A stretch of DNA of 64,000 nt from Balanoglossus misakiensis (Eukaryota; Animalia; Hemichordata). Shown here in pieces: positions 1-12,213 of the stretch. The stretch is from NCBI GenBank assembly GCA_040954595.2, contig CM082580.2, positions 2,656,783 through 2,720,782 of the forward strand. Reading direction: 5' to 3'. A program made the position numbers and the translations under genes. Each line of letters starts with the position of its first letter. Within the stretch, counting starts at the first letter, position 1. The notes below the pieces were generated by a model. The model searched no databases. It saw only the letters and a program-made list of their open reading frames with translations, and had not been told where the DNA came from.

Positions 1-191
1 ATCAAATAATACACTATGAATTTAGATCTTAGCATGGCACCAATCATTTCCCAAGGGCAAACCATTCTGCTATCCCCGGCGTGTCCGCTACACTTTTAAA
101 TTCAATGGCTCAGTATAAGTGTGTCTTTCCTTTTTATCTTGCAGTCCTATTCCAAAGTTCAATAATCCGTGGGGAGTGTGAGTCTTTCTTA

Positions 192-1371
192 GGGACCGTT
201 CAGTTTTTACGGCGGGGGGGGGGCAAGTTTGAGTCATCGGTTTTCAAAATCAGGCCGACCCACCTTCACCCAGCACCAAAAAATGATGACCACCCCCATT
301 TTGACAGACCCAAAAATATGATGACCCCCCCCCCCCATGCTGAAAACATTCGCCGTCCTGATCCTATGTACACTGTATGCAATAAAGGGAATGAGGCTCC
401 TCACACCTCAATTATAAATTTCTTAAAGTAATTAAAGTATATAATAGTATATCGTTGCAATAAAGAAATCTATGAACAAATTAAAATGACAAGTCAATAC
501 AATAGTTGCTAGAATTGGTAAAACAAGAAAAGTGGCGGGGGTGGGCGTGGGAGGGGGTGTCTTAAGAAAATTTTGTAAAATACGGTGGTCAAAGTTGCAT
601 TTAAATGAACTCAAAAGCAAATTAACTCAATGTTAGGGAGGACAAATTTTAAGTTTGCCACTCCACTCATAGTAAGCATCGGGGTGGGGCGGTAAGAAGT
701 CTGCCCTGGTACACTAGACAAACCAGCGAATAAATGTAATGTGGCGAAGAATGGAGGGGTGGGTGTGGGAGGGGGTGTCCGCCTCCCACATAAGAAAATT
801 TTGTAAAATATGTAGCGCAAAGTTGCATTTTAATGAACTCAAAAGCAAATTATCTCAATGTTTGGGAGGACCAATTTAAATTTTTGCCACTCCGCTCAAA
901 GTTAGAAGATTTGGCGTCATCTTCGTCATGACATCATTTATAAAACTTCTAGAATATACAAGATGCAGCGCGAAACTATCAGTTATGCGAAATGGTTTAA
1001 ACGATTATTCTCCCTTATGTATTTACTTTGTTAAATATTATCATCGGTGGGGTTGGAGTGGCAAGCACTCTGCCCTGGTACAATAGACAAACCAGCAAAA
1101 AATGAAATGTGGCGGAGAATGAAGGCGGTGGGTGTGGGAGGGGGTGTCCCCCTCCCAAATTAAAAAATTATGTAAAATAAAGGGTGCGAAACTGCAATTT
1201 TGTGGACTCAAAAGCAAACGTTCGGTGGCAAAAGTATGTGACCCCCCCCCCCTAAACGTTTAAAAAACCCAGATGACCCCCCCCCTTTGGACATCAAAAT
1301 TTAAGTGACCCCCCCCCCTGGATTTTGCCGCCCCCCCCCCCCCCCTTCGGCCATAAAAACTGAACAGTCCC
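192..1371. mobile_element. Non-autonomous PIF/Harbinger-type MITE (family A)
   Basis: TIR gggaccgttcagtttttacggc / gccataaaaactgaacagtccc. Flanked by tta/ata; the empty site in other units is gtctttctttaggag. The copy at 42860 has a perfect TAA TSD. Internal G-rich subrepeats. Confidence 0.8.
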
Positions 1372-1799
1372 ATAGGAGACGCTTTGAGTTCTCTTTATGT
1401 TCTGACAATTGGTAAACACTGTCTCAATGCTCCTCACCCATACCGGTACAGTTCGATTAAAGCCCTGTTTGATTCTAGCTAGTTTCCACTTCATGCTACG
1501 GAGGCAAATAATATTATTAGTTTATGATTTTACGGGTAATTAAATCGACAACTCATTTTACTAAATCGTATTATCACTGTATATTCATGACATTTTGGTG
1601 TTTTAAAGTTGTGCGTGTCGTTGTATTTCGAATAACAAAATCTCTTTCTTCTTTTCTCTTAACAAATTGTTTAAAATTAACTACCGGTACACAATCGTCT
1701 CAGTGTATTGTACATAGCATGCAAAAGTAAATTAATAAGTACATAGCTGGATAAAATAATAAAACCAAAAACTACAATCACACACATTACACATAAAAC

Positions 1800-1990
1800 T
1801 GAGGTTGTTTCATTGTATTACACTGTAGTGTAAATGCTACAATGTACATTATTGCATAATTGTGGTTGTTACTTTGTATTACACTGTAGTGTAACTGCTA
1901 CAATGTACATCATTGTGGTTACTTTGTATTACAGTGTAGTGTAACTGCTACAATGTACATCATTGCATCATTGTGGTTGTTACTGTGCAT
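1800..1990. repeat. Minisatellite, ~50-60 bp unit (tgtattacactgtagtgtaactgctacaatgtacatcattgcatcattgtggttgttac)
   Basis: About 3 imperfect tandem copies here; variable copy number at the equivalent sites near 26085-26215, 36490-36590 and 54165-54235. Confidence 0.75.
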
Positions 1991-2011
1991 TAGCTGAAGT
2001 ATAAGTGTTAA

Positions 2012-2516
2012 AGGCACGTAAGCTGTAAATTTTGAGATAATTTTTATAATTTTTGTTCCAAACTGCACTACCATTAGTCCATGCAGATTAAGGCAGTGAA
2101 CTAAACATAAGCATTATAAACCCTAAATATGAGTGCATATGCAAGTTTTAACCAGATAAATAATAAAGCTTTGCCGCAAGCGATTATGGCCGCCACCGTG
2201 GGAAAATGCAAGAAACAATGAAAATGTTGCATTTCCAGTTATGAAACTTCATAAACAAAACATGATCTCATCCACTTGAGCTCATGGAAATAAATGTACA
2301 CCACTGAGACATCAGATTTTCATTTTTCATTGCAATATTGCACTTTTTTTTAAAATTGCAGGAATTTTCGTTTTTCTTTAATTTTTGGCCATTTTGTCAT
2401 AAATAAGTGTTGAGCTTGAAATATTATCATGAAATAGCATTTAATAGACATAATTAAAAGCATGTATGAGATTATTTAAAACTTTAATTTTTTATCCAGT
2501 TGCAGCTTACGTGCCT
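2012..2516. mobile_element. Non-autonomous TTAA-targeting DNA transposon (Kolobok-like termini)
   Basis: TTAA TSD at 2008-2011 and 2517-2520. TIR aggcacgtaagctg / cagcttacgtgcct. The empty site actgttaaatcattg occurs in other units. AG start fits Kolobok rather than piggyBac (CCY). Confidence 0.75.
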
Positions 2517-4369
2517 TTAAATCATTCCAACCAAAATTCATTGTTACTTTTTATCACTTTTCCAATTTACTTTGATTGTGTGAGTGAGACCACCCTTGGA
2601 ACAGTGCGAACAATATTGATGTGGTCATGAATAGAAAAAGTCGTATGCGAGAATTTTAGATGGCCCTCCCCTAAAAATTGTTAATACCATTTTCATTGCT
2701 AGTGTTGTTACTGTGGATGGTTGTCAACGTACAAAACAGACTGTGTCAGCAAGCAAGTTAAAAGAACAGAAAAATATTTCCAGGTGACACATTTGTCAAT
2801 TCTAGGAACAGCTGAATGTAACGTCGGTTCTTTTGATGTCAAATTATTTGAATTCTATCTGTGAGTATTATGAAAATATGGGCTTTTCCGAGAAACATGT
2901 TATACATCATCATATATGCATCTTTCCCAAGGCTATTTAGTCCTCATTCAAAAATATTTCTTGTTATCGCTTTCTGATAGTTAATCGTTCCTTTGGGATT
3001 AAAACATTTACAGTACTTCTGAAACATTTCACCTTTATTTAGTTCTCTTTGACGTTTAATCTCATTTTTCATTCTGTTTTGCGTCTTGGTTTATCTCTTT
3101 ATTGTAAAACATTTCCTTGCAGTCCACAATAATATTTGGAGTTATTTCAGATTACCCTTGAACTGAAAACAGTTAAGGGTACTGGCAAGTTGTGGATGAA
3201 TTATAACGTTCACAAATTATGTAATTTTAGAGTCACATATAACGTCACGTGGATTCTTGTGTGTACACTACACCAAGTCAATATAGATGACATCACCAAG
3301 CACTTATTTGGGAAAGCTTGGCAAAAAAAGGGTTGAGTACGCATAAAATTATTCATTTTCAGTAATGCACTAAAATGTTGCCGAGTAATCATTTGCACAA
3401 ACGCAAGTTAGAGATTCAACCTAACGAAAACAATACCCCAACAAATTGTCCACATGTCCACGGACAGTTACATGAAATTGTTCCATTCACTTTCTATAAT
3501 ACATATTACTTGCGTGAATCGAGGTGTACATAGGCCTACATGCACTTCAGTAAATATATACTATGTTAGCAATATCTTACACCAACTGCTTAATGCACAT
3601 TTATAACACCGTGGGATAATATCTGTTGTCAATCATCACTCGCTTTAAAGCAATCCTGTCAAAGTTTTAAGGGTATATTTGAATGTTTTATGCGTTTAAG
3701 TTTTCTATTAGGGCCATCGGAAAATAGAAGACATTTATCATCGAGATTTTGACCATTGGCATTTTGAAAACAATACCTAATTCACTTAATAATGTTGCTA
3801 TTTTCGAAACTTCTGACATCACTTTCTGGTCTTTTTGGCGGAAGTCCATATTCATGCATCTTTCTTTCACGGACTTGACTTTGTTGAGTGTGAAGCAAAT
3901 ACTGTATATTTGACCTATGAACTTAAGACTTTTGTCTTCTTTATTTCTTCTTTTCTTTCTTTTGTATGTATTACTAACCAAGTGTTCTACTGTTCACTAT
4001 GAAGGGGTGGACTTGACTAGTGCGAATGCACTATTTTTCCTACCTCCTTTTTTCACTTTAACAGTACATTTTTCACCATTCGATGTAAAAATTTAAAGTG
4101 AAATAAAATTGAATTGAACTGAATTGAATTGAAATTGAATTGTATGGGTTTTCTCTCAATTATTTCTTACATTATTCATACATGCCATTCATCAGACATT
4201 GGGAAATATAACGGAATATATAATTTCATGCAGGTCATATTTCAATTTAACTGGAAATCTGCTATTCACACGTTTTCTTGTTTATGTCTCTATGGCAACA
4301 CTGGTATAGTTAAATAAGTGAGTTTATAACTCTCTAGATCACAACTAGTCTTGATAGAAAACGCTGAAT

Positions 4370-7300
4370 ATGTATTACCTGGCAAGTCTCGTTTTTATAT
4401 TGCTATTGTGTGCTTATATTGCTATGTCGGTACAAGGTAAGTGTAGAAAAGACACATGGACTAAAATCTAACCTTAGACGGTGTTTTTGTCTATGTGTGA
4501 TATTTTTGTGGCCTTTATCCTTACTAGATCTATTAGCGTGCAGTTTAGGTAGATCTTATATATATTTTCTGTGTTAATATAGGATATTTTAAACTGAAGC
4601 GATTTAAGCTGACATTTTCTTTATTTTTGTTCCAAAAATTTTATAAAACAGCTCGAGAAATTGCTCTTAAATTTATTATGAACGTATGAAGGCATGCATG
4701 TCTCTTCAATGCACTTTAAAATCATTGCACAGTTAACAATATTCGAGTATTTTTGTCATTCGTGGTATTAAAATTAATTTTGAGAATGCGCTTATGTGTC
4801 TTACTTATTTTCTTGTTACTTGTCAATATTATCGTAACCAACATATTGTATTTGGGAGCAATTTTGCGCAAAAACTCCTATTTCAAGAAATCCCTTGTCT
4901 GACTGCTTTTTGATTTGGTTTATAGGGTCATGCCGAAATAGTCGTGGAAATATTGTACTTGCGATCAGTTCTTCCTGATTTGTGGTCAAAAACTAAAAAA
5001 TGGCTTGCCGAAATTTTGTTTGAGGATCCTTGGGTATTCGTATCATGAGTAAGCAAATAACTAAGTCAATCCCATGTCTATAACGGAAGCAAAACTGGCT
5101 ATATTGCAAATAAATTTGCATCGTGTGTAAAACGGTTTGTAATAAGTCTTCTCTTGGCTGTCCTAAACAGCTTATAGTTAACAACATTGCAAACCTCATA
5201 CTTCTGTTATATTCTATATTCTATTTCTTTTTGTCAGGATGCGATGAGAGATACAAACTGAGAAATGGAGAGGCAGTTCGAGTTAGTTCTCCAAACCATC
5301 AAGATGATCACGACATCATTCTTAAGTGTACGTGGACCCTGTCCAATACTGATGGTGGACTAATAATAGTCTGCGTCAGTCATGTCGAGTTGGTCTCGCA
5401 AAATGACTGCCTTGCACTTTTAGACGAGGGAAATGAAAGCGATACCGGACAAGTGCACAAATATACATACGCTAATAGGCCAAGTGTCCCACCCATCCTT
5501 GTATCGCAACGTGATGTCGCTTATATAATTTGGACAACAAGTGAGCAAAATACTGGATCATTTCATGCGACTGTAACTGCAGTGGAAAGTGAGTATCAAG
5601 TGTTTCATTTCAGTTATCTCTCAATTGAACAACAACAACAACAACAACAATGACGGTGTCAAAATGTTTTTATTTTTCTTTATTTTTAATATCTTATCGT
5701 CATCGTCACCGTCATTATTTGGGTTGGGAGATCGAGATTCCTGTGTCAATACCGCTATTAATAATGCAAATTTCAAATGGAAAATTGTCGCCGATCTCCA
5801 TGTTACGTCTACAAAGAAAACCCAGGTGACTTTTATGAAAACAAATCTCCTCACATATGTAGCAAAGGTTTTGAGGGCTATCATTTATCTGAAAATTTGT
5901 TCCCAGAGGCTTATGATGCGTCAGTGTAGAGGGTGGTATACCGGTAGGCCAAGCTCACATACTTGCATGAGTGTCATAGTAAAGTCATCCAATGATTGTT
6001 TTTTTATATAAATTTGTGTACAAAAACACTCAATGTTGGCATGAAGGTTACACCTATATTAAAATCTACTGCATTGAATGGCCAAAGATTTTCTCACATA
6101 AGCATATTTAATAGTTTGTGTAATGTTTTCATTTGTACAATATAAATATTCTTCATCGGTGACTTGCGTTAAATCTCAACGTTCAGATATGCCCAGGGCA
6201 CTATGCTCGCTGCTTTAATTTCGTACCGTCATTTCTATATATTTCTACCCAATACACTTTTGCGTTATATTTCTTATGTAGGCTCCGTCTCTGTGGACGC
6301 ATGTCCAGTTGTATCAGGTGTAAGTATTAAACCAGACTGCTGAAAGGAATTCTTTTTAAAATGCAACATAAGAGCGCAGATTGAGTCAAGTGCAGCGCCC
6401 CCAATGGGCAAGGAACGAGTAATCTTCAGAACACGCTCTCCTGAAGAGCGAATGAGGGCGTGGTTCAAACGAATATAGTTAACAATGATTATTTACCATT
6501 CAAAGTTTAGATCAAGACAATAAATATTTGTCAATATATATCCGCGCGAAAGACGTGTGCCATCACATGGCCTAGGTCATTCGATGACGTAGACTTGCCC
6601 TCTCGTCATTAGAATATGTAGATTTCAAGTAATCATATTTTTAAGGACTCTGACAGTAAAACAAAATTGGAAAAATATGATAAATAATATGAAAACTCTG
6701 AAAAATAGTTATATTTGGTTTACTGTACGACTATCTTGGAACTTTTATAGACTTTCAAAAGTCAAAATGAACTAACAAATGCTTCATTGTGTCATTTCTG
6801 AACTCCGCCAGGTGCTTGAACCATTTCATCTAGCATCTGCTATGATCAAGGAACTAATGGATCTAAAGCTGCCTCTAGATGCAAGTCGGAACATAGCTAA
6901 AGGCAAGCGATTTCACATTTCTGACAAAAATTAGACGTTCCAGTTCACGATGTCCAGACGCTGGAAACTTTGCAATGAACATATATTTGAACATCATGTG
7001 TTAGACAAATGTTGAAGTGATGCCCGAATATAATCTATATATGTAATGAATAACGGACAATAGGGAAATGCATATTACTCATTCTGCCTCTCAGTTTCAC
7101 TTTTAAATCTTACAGAAATCCTGATGCTTCTGGATCAAGGCATTGTTTTGCTTCCGTCGCCGGCCGATAATGAAACAACAGACGTGGTGACCAAGTTCCT
7201 TCTAAACGCAACTGATTCCCTCGCGAAGTCTGTTCTACGTGGGGTGGAACCTGGCAGTGGGCCAGTTATCATACATTCAGAATTCTTTCAATTGCATTTG

Positions 7301-9024
7301 GAAAGCGATTCTGTGGTGCATCTTACCAACACCTCTTTATTACTCCGAGGCGGTAATGGTGTGAAATTTCCACCGGCAGAGAAGATGTTCTCCAATTTAA
7401 CCTCTGGAGCAATTGTTAACAGGATTGTAAGAGTCTAACCTTTGTTGTTGAACATGTTATCTCTTCTCTCTCTCTATTTCCTTAACCACACTCTGTAAAC
7501 ACATGCCAATGAAGTTTATAATACATTATCGCCCATAGGTTAGTGTTTTTAACAGAAGTTTGCTTCTTCAAGACTACAATGGACGGAACACATTTCCAAG
7601 AAAATTTGTGTTGAGCTTGTCGTTTACTGATAGAGAAGGCAGAGAGTTAGAAGGTATTATATTATCATCACAATATTGCTTTCTAATATATTGTATGAGT
7701 TGGAATCGGATAAAATCTAACATTGAACGATTTGTATGAACTCTACATAACTTGGTTTGTCTGTAAATATGGCTATGCAATATATATTTTCTTTTCAGCA
7801 TAAAAGTTATTCTCTATTCACTCTTCCAGTGAAAGATACTAAAGAAGACATTGAAATTACATTTGCTAGTGAAGCACCTGAGCCAGAAACCGTCTCGTTG
7901 ATCGAAGGTGTGTACACTGAAGTCCATGACGTCACATATTTTGGATTAAATGTCGAGGTAGAGGTAGGTGAACGGAAATAAAACTAGTGAAATCAATTCT
8001 GATTATGTATACTGCTTGTGCTATCGGCGAGCCAATACTAACAGATGTTAGCATTAAAGTGTTCATATTTCTCACAAAATTAATATTCATTCTATATATT
8101 CTATCGTCGCAGATAGCATGGTTGTTCCAACCATTTATCATTAAGTTTGAAAATTGCAAACCTCTGTACGGAAATACAACAGTGTACATCTTCAATGAAC
8201 TTACGGCTTACTCTGACAAATACGTTGGATACCAGTTCGCTGTTGATATGAAATTTGCAGGAAATTTTTCCACGGTGTTCATCCCAGAATACTATTTCTT
8301 AAGAACTGGAGAATATTATTTCACATTTACCATTCCCCACAGTAAGTGTCCATGTTTAACATTTACCTTACACTGCACTGAAGTATTGTACATATTTGTT
8401 GTTTAAAGCACATTTAATAGCTTGTGCATTGTCATGCATCACTTAAATTTACAAGTTCAAACCTATTATTTGTATCAGAACCTATCCTATCAATTCATGT
8501 AGTAAGAAAGTCTGAACTACTAGGCCAAAATGCATGAGTCTACATCCGGGGTTTTAAGAGTCGACGTCACCACCACGTCAAAAAGAATACAACTTCTTTG
8601 AGGTACCCTAACTTCTTTCTATTCTTTCCATTTTGTAGAGCAAGATATCCAGTTTGCATACACTGTCATACAAACTAGGTGTGATTATCTGAATATCCAG
8701 ACTGACAGCTGGGAGAGTGACGGTTGCCAGGTATGCACAATGGTTCCTCAAAATATATTTTTGATTTAGCAGAATCAATTTTGTAATTTGAACCTAACCG
8801 AATTCAATGCATCCTTTAGATATGACACAACTCAAACAGTAGGCAGGAGAAATTTGAGAACCTGTAATACTTTGTCATATTACTCACAGAAATGTTCCAA
8901 CTTTTCAGCATTTATTTTAAATCCGTAGGTTTCACCATTATCAAACGTCACCTCCACTGTGTGTCTGTGTAACCACCTGACGACATTTACATCCGGAATG
9001 GCGACAACAATGATATTACCCTAG
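4370..9024 (+). CDS. Secreted CUB + GAIN/GPS protein, PKD1L/REJ-family-like but with no TM domain, copy 1 (~507 aa, 10 exons)
   Basis: Phase-consistent exons: 4370-4436 (signal MYYLASLVFILLLCAYIAMSVQG), 5238-5588 (CUB), 6282-6319, 6812-6902 (GC donor), 7116-7426, 7539-7653, 7830-7963 (LSLSFTDREGRELE|VKDTKEDIEITF, a polycystin GAIN-like segment), 8113-8341, 8639-8730 (RCDYLNIQTDSWESDGCQ), 8929-9024 (VSPLSNVTSTVCLCNHLTTFTSGMATTMILP*). Total 1524 nt with an open frame. Confidence 0.88.
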
Positions 9025-10352
9025 AAAACGATTGGTTACATTCTAACCCATGATGCATTGTGATTTCCAACATGGCGGCGAACCAGTTGGTCCCTCTACA
9101 TAATGCAGAATGACCACATGAGGGCGATATGAACAGAATTTCATTTTTATCAGAGGAATCCGATGGATTTTGGGCCACTTAGGCCTCCAGAGTTATTTAT
9201 CATGCTTCATTCGTCCTTACCATATTCACACAAATTATTTTATAGATAATAATCTATCATAGTGTCATTTAGGCCGAACCACCATCATCACTATTCTCTG
9301 CCGAGCCTTTGGAGTATATGCCATGAGTTATTTATCCAGAAACATTGAATTTGTTATTCACAAATGTGTAAATCATTATTATTCGATTGAATATTTTGTC
9401 AACTTTATACAAAGGAAAACTGTGATTAATTTTCAATTCGAAAAATTGTTGGATTCCAGATTGAAATACAATCATTATTATGTTGGTTTTCATGTATCTC
9501 GTGGTTGTTAATGTCTATTTCAAATTAAATCAATATGTTTGCATATTTACACACTCAACTCAATAGTAATTTTAGTAGCCTAGTAGCCTATTGTTGTTCA
9601 TTCTTGTATTTTTACAGTCACACATACATGTATACATAAAGCTACCCATTTCAAGTATACCTTACATTTTGTCATTTTGAAAGCTTTGTATAATTAAATA
9701 CTTGCATGTTATCCTTCCTTTTAAAAAATCAGGGGCTAGTTATCCTTGGTGTTGTTTGTTGCGAGTTTCAATTGTTAAACATTTTAAATGAACGACTCAT
9801 ATTGTATCAAATTCAAAATTCAAAATGGCCGCCAATCAATGTGTTAACTGTATGGAGAAAAAATAAAGTGGTAAATTTCATGAAGACAAGGTGGTGAATG
9901 AATTATTTTCTTCTTTGTTGCCAAAAAGACTTCTCATAAACCTTAATATTGCATAGAATTAAAAGGTTTGGATGACTATTATTTTTCTTAAAGCAAGAAA
10001 CAAAAAAACAGAAAATTATTCCAAGGTGACATTTGCACCTTTGTCAAGGATAGGTACAGTTCACAGTCACGTGGGAATTGAAATGTAAATACACCACGAT
10101 TGGGCCTGTGACATAGGGGATCGTCGTGTGGTACAGTTGAATGTAAAGTCGGTTCTTTTGATGTCAAATTATTTGGCTTCTCTTTGTGAGTGTAATGAAA
10201 GACTACAAAAATTTGGGACAATTCACCCGGCTTCATCAAATATTACACTATGAATTTAGATCTTAGCATGGCACCAATCATTTCCCGAGGGCAAACCATT
10301 CTGCTATCCCCGGCGTGTCCGCTACACTTTTAAATTCAATGGCTCAGTATAA

Positions 10353-10989
10353 GGCTGCATTCACAAACACCTGGCAGGAGAATTCAGTTTTTTACCGGTA
10401 ATTTTCACATGCCCCCGTACACAACCCGAAATATTTTCAAATCCCCCCCCCCTTCCGAACTGCTAAAATTTTGGAATCCCCCCCCCCATTTTCTTTCACG
10501 AAGCATCTGTCTGTCACCTATCTATCTTGTAAAAAAGAAAAACAGCGCTCCCATGAAAAGAATTTGAAACTGATGTTTACCCTCATCAGTGGGTATTAAA
10601 ACTGAACATTGTTTTTATTTTTTAAGTATTTGTATTCTGTGTTGGGAGACATTGTAAACCGAGAGTTGAAGGGACACCCCCTCCCACGTAAGAAAATTTT
10701 ATAAAATACAGAGCTCAAAGCTGCATTTTAATGAACCCGGCAAAGGCATGGGGTTGGGGCAAGTCCCCAGACCTGGGACACTAGATAAACCAGTCAATGA
10801 TTGAAAGGTGTTGGTGAATGGAAGGGGTGGGTGTGAAAATTAGAAACTTTTGTAAAATAAAGGGCGCGAAACTGCATTTTTGTGGACTCAAAATAAATAT
10901 TTAGTCGTCAAATTATTTCAAATCCCCACCTTACATACCATCATTTCTCCCCCCCCCCCCCCTCTCCAGAGGTGTTTGTGAATGCAGCC
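10353..10989. mobile_element. PIF/Harbinger-type MITE (family B)
   Basis: TIR ggctgcattcacaaacacct / aggtgtttgtgaatgcagcc; TAA TSD; the empty site cagtataagtgtgtc occurs in other units. Internal motifs are shared with family A. Confidence 0.85.
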
Positions 10990-11426
10990 TAAGTGTGTCT
11001 TTCCTTTTTATCTTGAAGGCCTATTCCAATGTTCAATAGTCATTACTCCGTGGGGAGTGTGAGTCTTTCTTTAGGAGAAGCTTTGAGTTCTCTTTATGTT
11101 CTGACAGTTGGTAAACGTTGTCTCAATGCTCCTCACCCATACCGGTACAGTTCGATTAAAGCCCTGTTTGATTCTAGCTAGTTTCCACTTCATGCTACGG
11201 AGGCAAATAATATTATTAGTTTATGATTTTACGGGTAATTAAATCGACAACTCATTTTACTAAATCGTATTATCACTGTATATTCATGACATTTTGGTGT
11301 TTTAAAGTTGTGCGTGTCGTTGTATTTCGAATAACAAAATCTCTTTCTTCTCTTCTCTTAAAAATTGTTTAAAATTAGTTACACAATCGTCTCAGTGCAT
11401 TGTACATAGCACGAAAAAGTAAATTA

Positions 11427-12213
11427 ATTCAAAATACCTTGGAAATTCTTTGTGTTCGAGTGATCAAATAGGAAAGCGTTAAAATGCGGGTTGCGGGTTG
11501 CCGATTGCGGGTCGTAAAATATGGTTGTGTTTTGATAATGAAAGAATAATAATATTATATGTCAACAGAAACGATCAAATGATTGCCTCCCAGAAGTTCA
11601 ATTTACACAATTTGCGCCACAACTCCGGCAGCGGACTTTGACCCTCACACTCACTACTGCATGTGTGCGAGGTCTCATCAGCATAATCCCAGTCACTTCC
11701 AGCGGGTAGTACTCGCTGAAATTCGTAAACAGTCCAGTGAGTTTTTCACGAAAGGAGTTTTGGGACCAGAAATAATCAGAGTTCAGGCTTGTATAAGTCG
11801 TTTTATTGAATTACGCTCACTTTGCTTTCTGTTGCCGTTCAAATGTTCCTACACAAGTCGGATCGTTGCAACTACACGATTAGAATGGGGTTGGCCCGCA
11901 GCTAGACTCTCTCACAGCCCCTCTCGTCGTCATGCAGGCTTATGGGCTGATTGCATGTGTGACCAGACGGTGTTTCTCCCTTGCCAAACGGTTGAGGGGG
12001 CGTAGCGAACCGTGGGCTGTGAGAGAGTCTAGCCCGCAGCTAGCTGTCCGTGGGAGTAATCAGCCCCTGCATGGGAACCATGTCGATCCGAACATATCAG
12101 CATTATATCAGATCATTTCACAACCACAACGTGACACAGAGATGCATTCGATCATCGCTGCGATTTTTATTCTGATTTTATTTTTATTCATTGTAAACCC
12201 GCAGCCCGCAACA
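11427..12213. mobile_element. Unclassified insertion replacing part of the unit-2 spacer; approximate ends
   Basis: Sequence absent from other units; tgcgggttgcggg near 11485 and its inverse cccgcagcccgca near 12198; no clear TSD. Confidence 0.4.
11903..12031. mobile_element. Small TAG...CTA MITE with 9-bp TSD (Academ-like), nested in the previous insertion
   Basis: TIR tagactctctcacagccc / gggctgtgagagagtcta; TSD gcccgcagc at 11894-11902 and 12032-12040. Confidence 0.7.

Noticed and set aside
81-1730. Short ORFs recurring in each spacer (e.g. 81-431, 1524-1730, 9988-10239)
   Set aside because: They recur only because the unit or MITE is repeated; they cross TE junctions, have no recognisable motifs and break between copies.
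1800-1990. Repeat array resembling CRISPR
   Set aside because: Contiguous tandem units with no unique spacers, eukaryotic context and no cas genes.
4300-4369. TATA-like tttataa ~45 bp upstream of the ATG, and aataaa at 9862-9867 as a poly(A) signal
   Set aside because: Plausible, but uninformative in AT-rich, recently duplicated DNA without transcript data.
5589-6011. ORFs with poly-Q/poly-N runs after the CUB exon (also near 29865, 47161, 57181)
   Set aside because: They lie past a good GAAA|gtgagt donor in intron 2; the (caa)n tract and poly-T indels shift frames between copies. A CUB-only intron-retention isoform is possible but unsupported.
7757-7829. Upstream acceptor ttttcag|cataaaag as the start of exon 7
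   Set aside because: Wrong phase for exon 6, and copy 5 has a 1-nt insertion in this stretch; cttccag|TG restores the frame in all copies.
8479-8538. Possible extra exon after tttgtatcag in intron 8
   Set aside because: In-frame TGA after ~19 codons and no convincing donor; the exon 8 to exon 9 join is already in phase.
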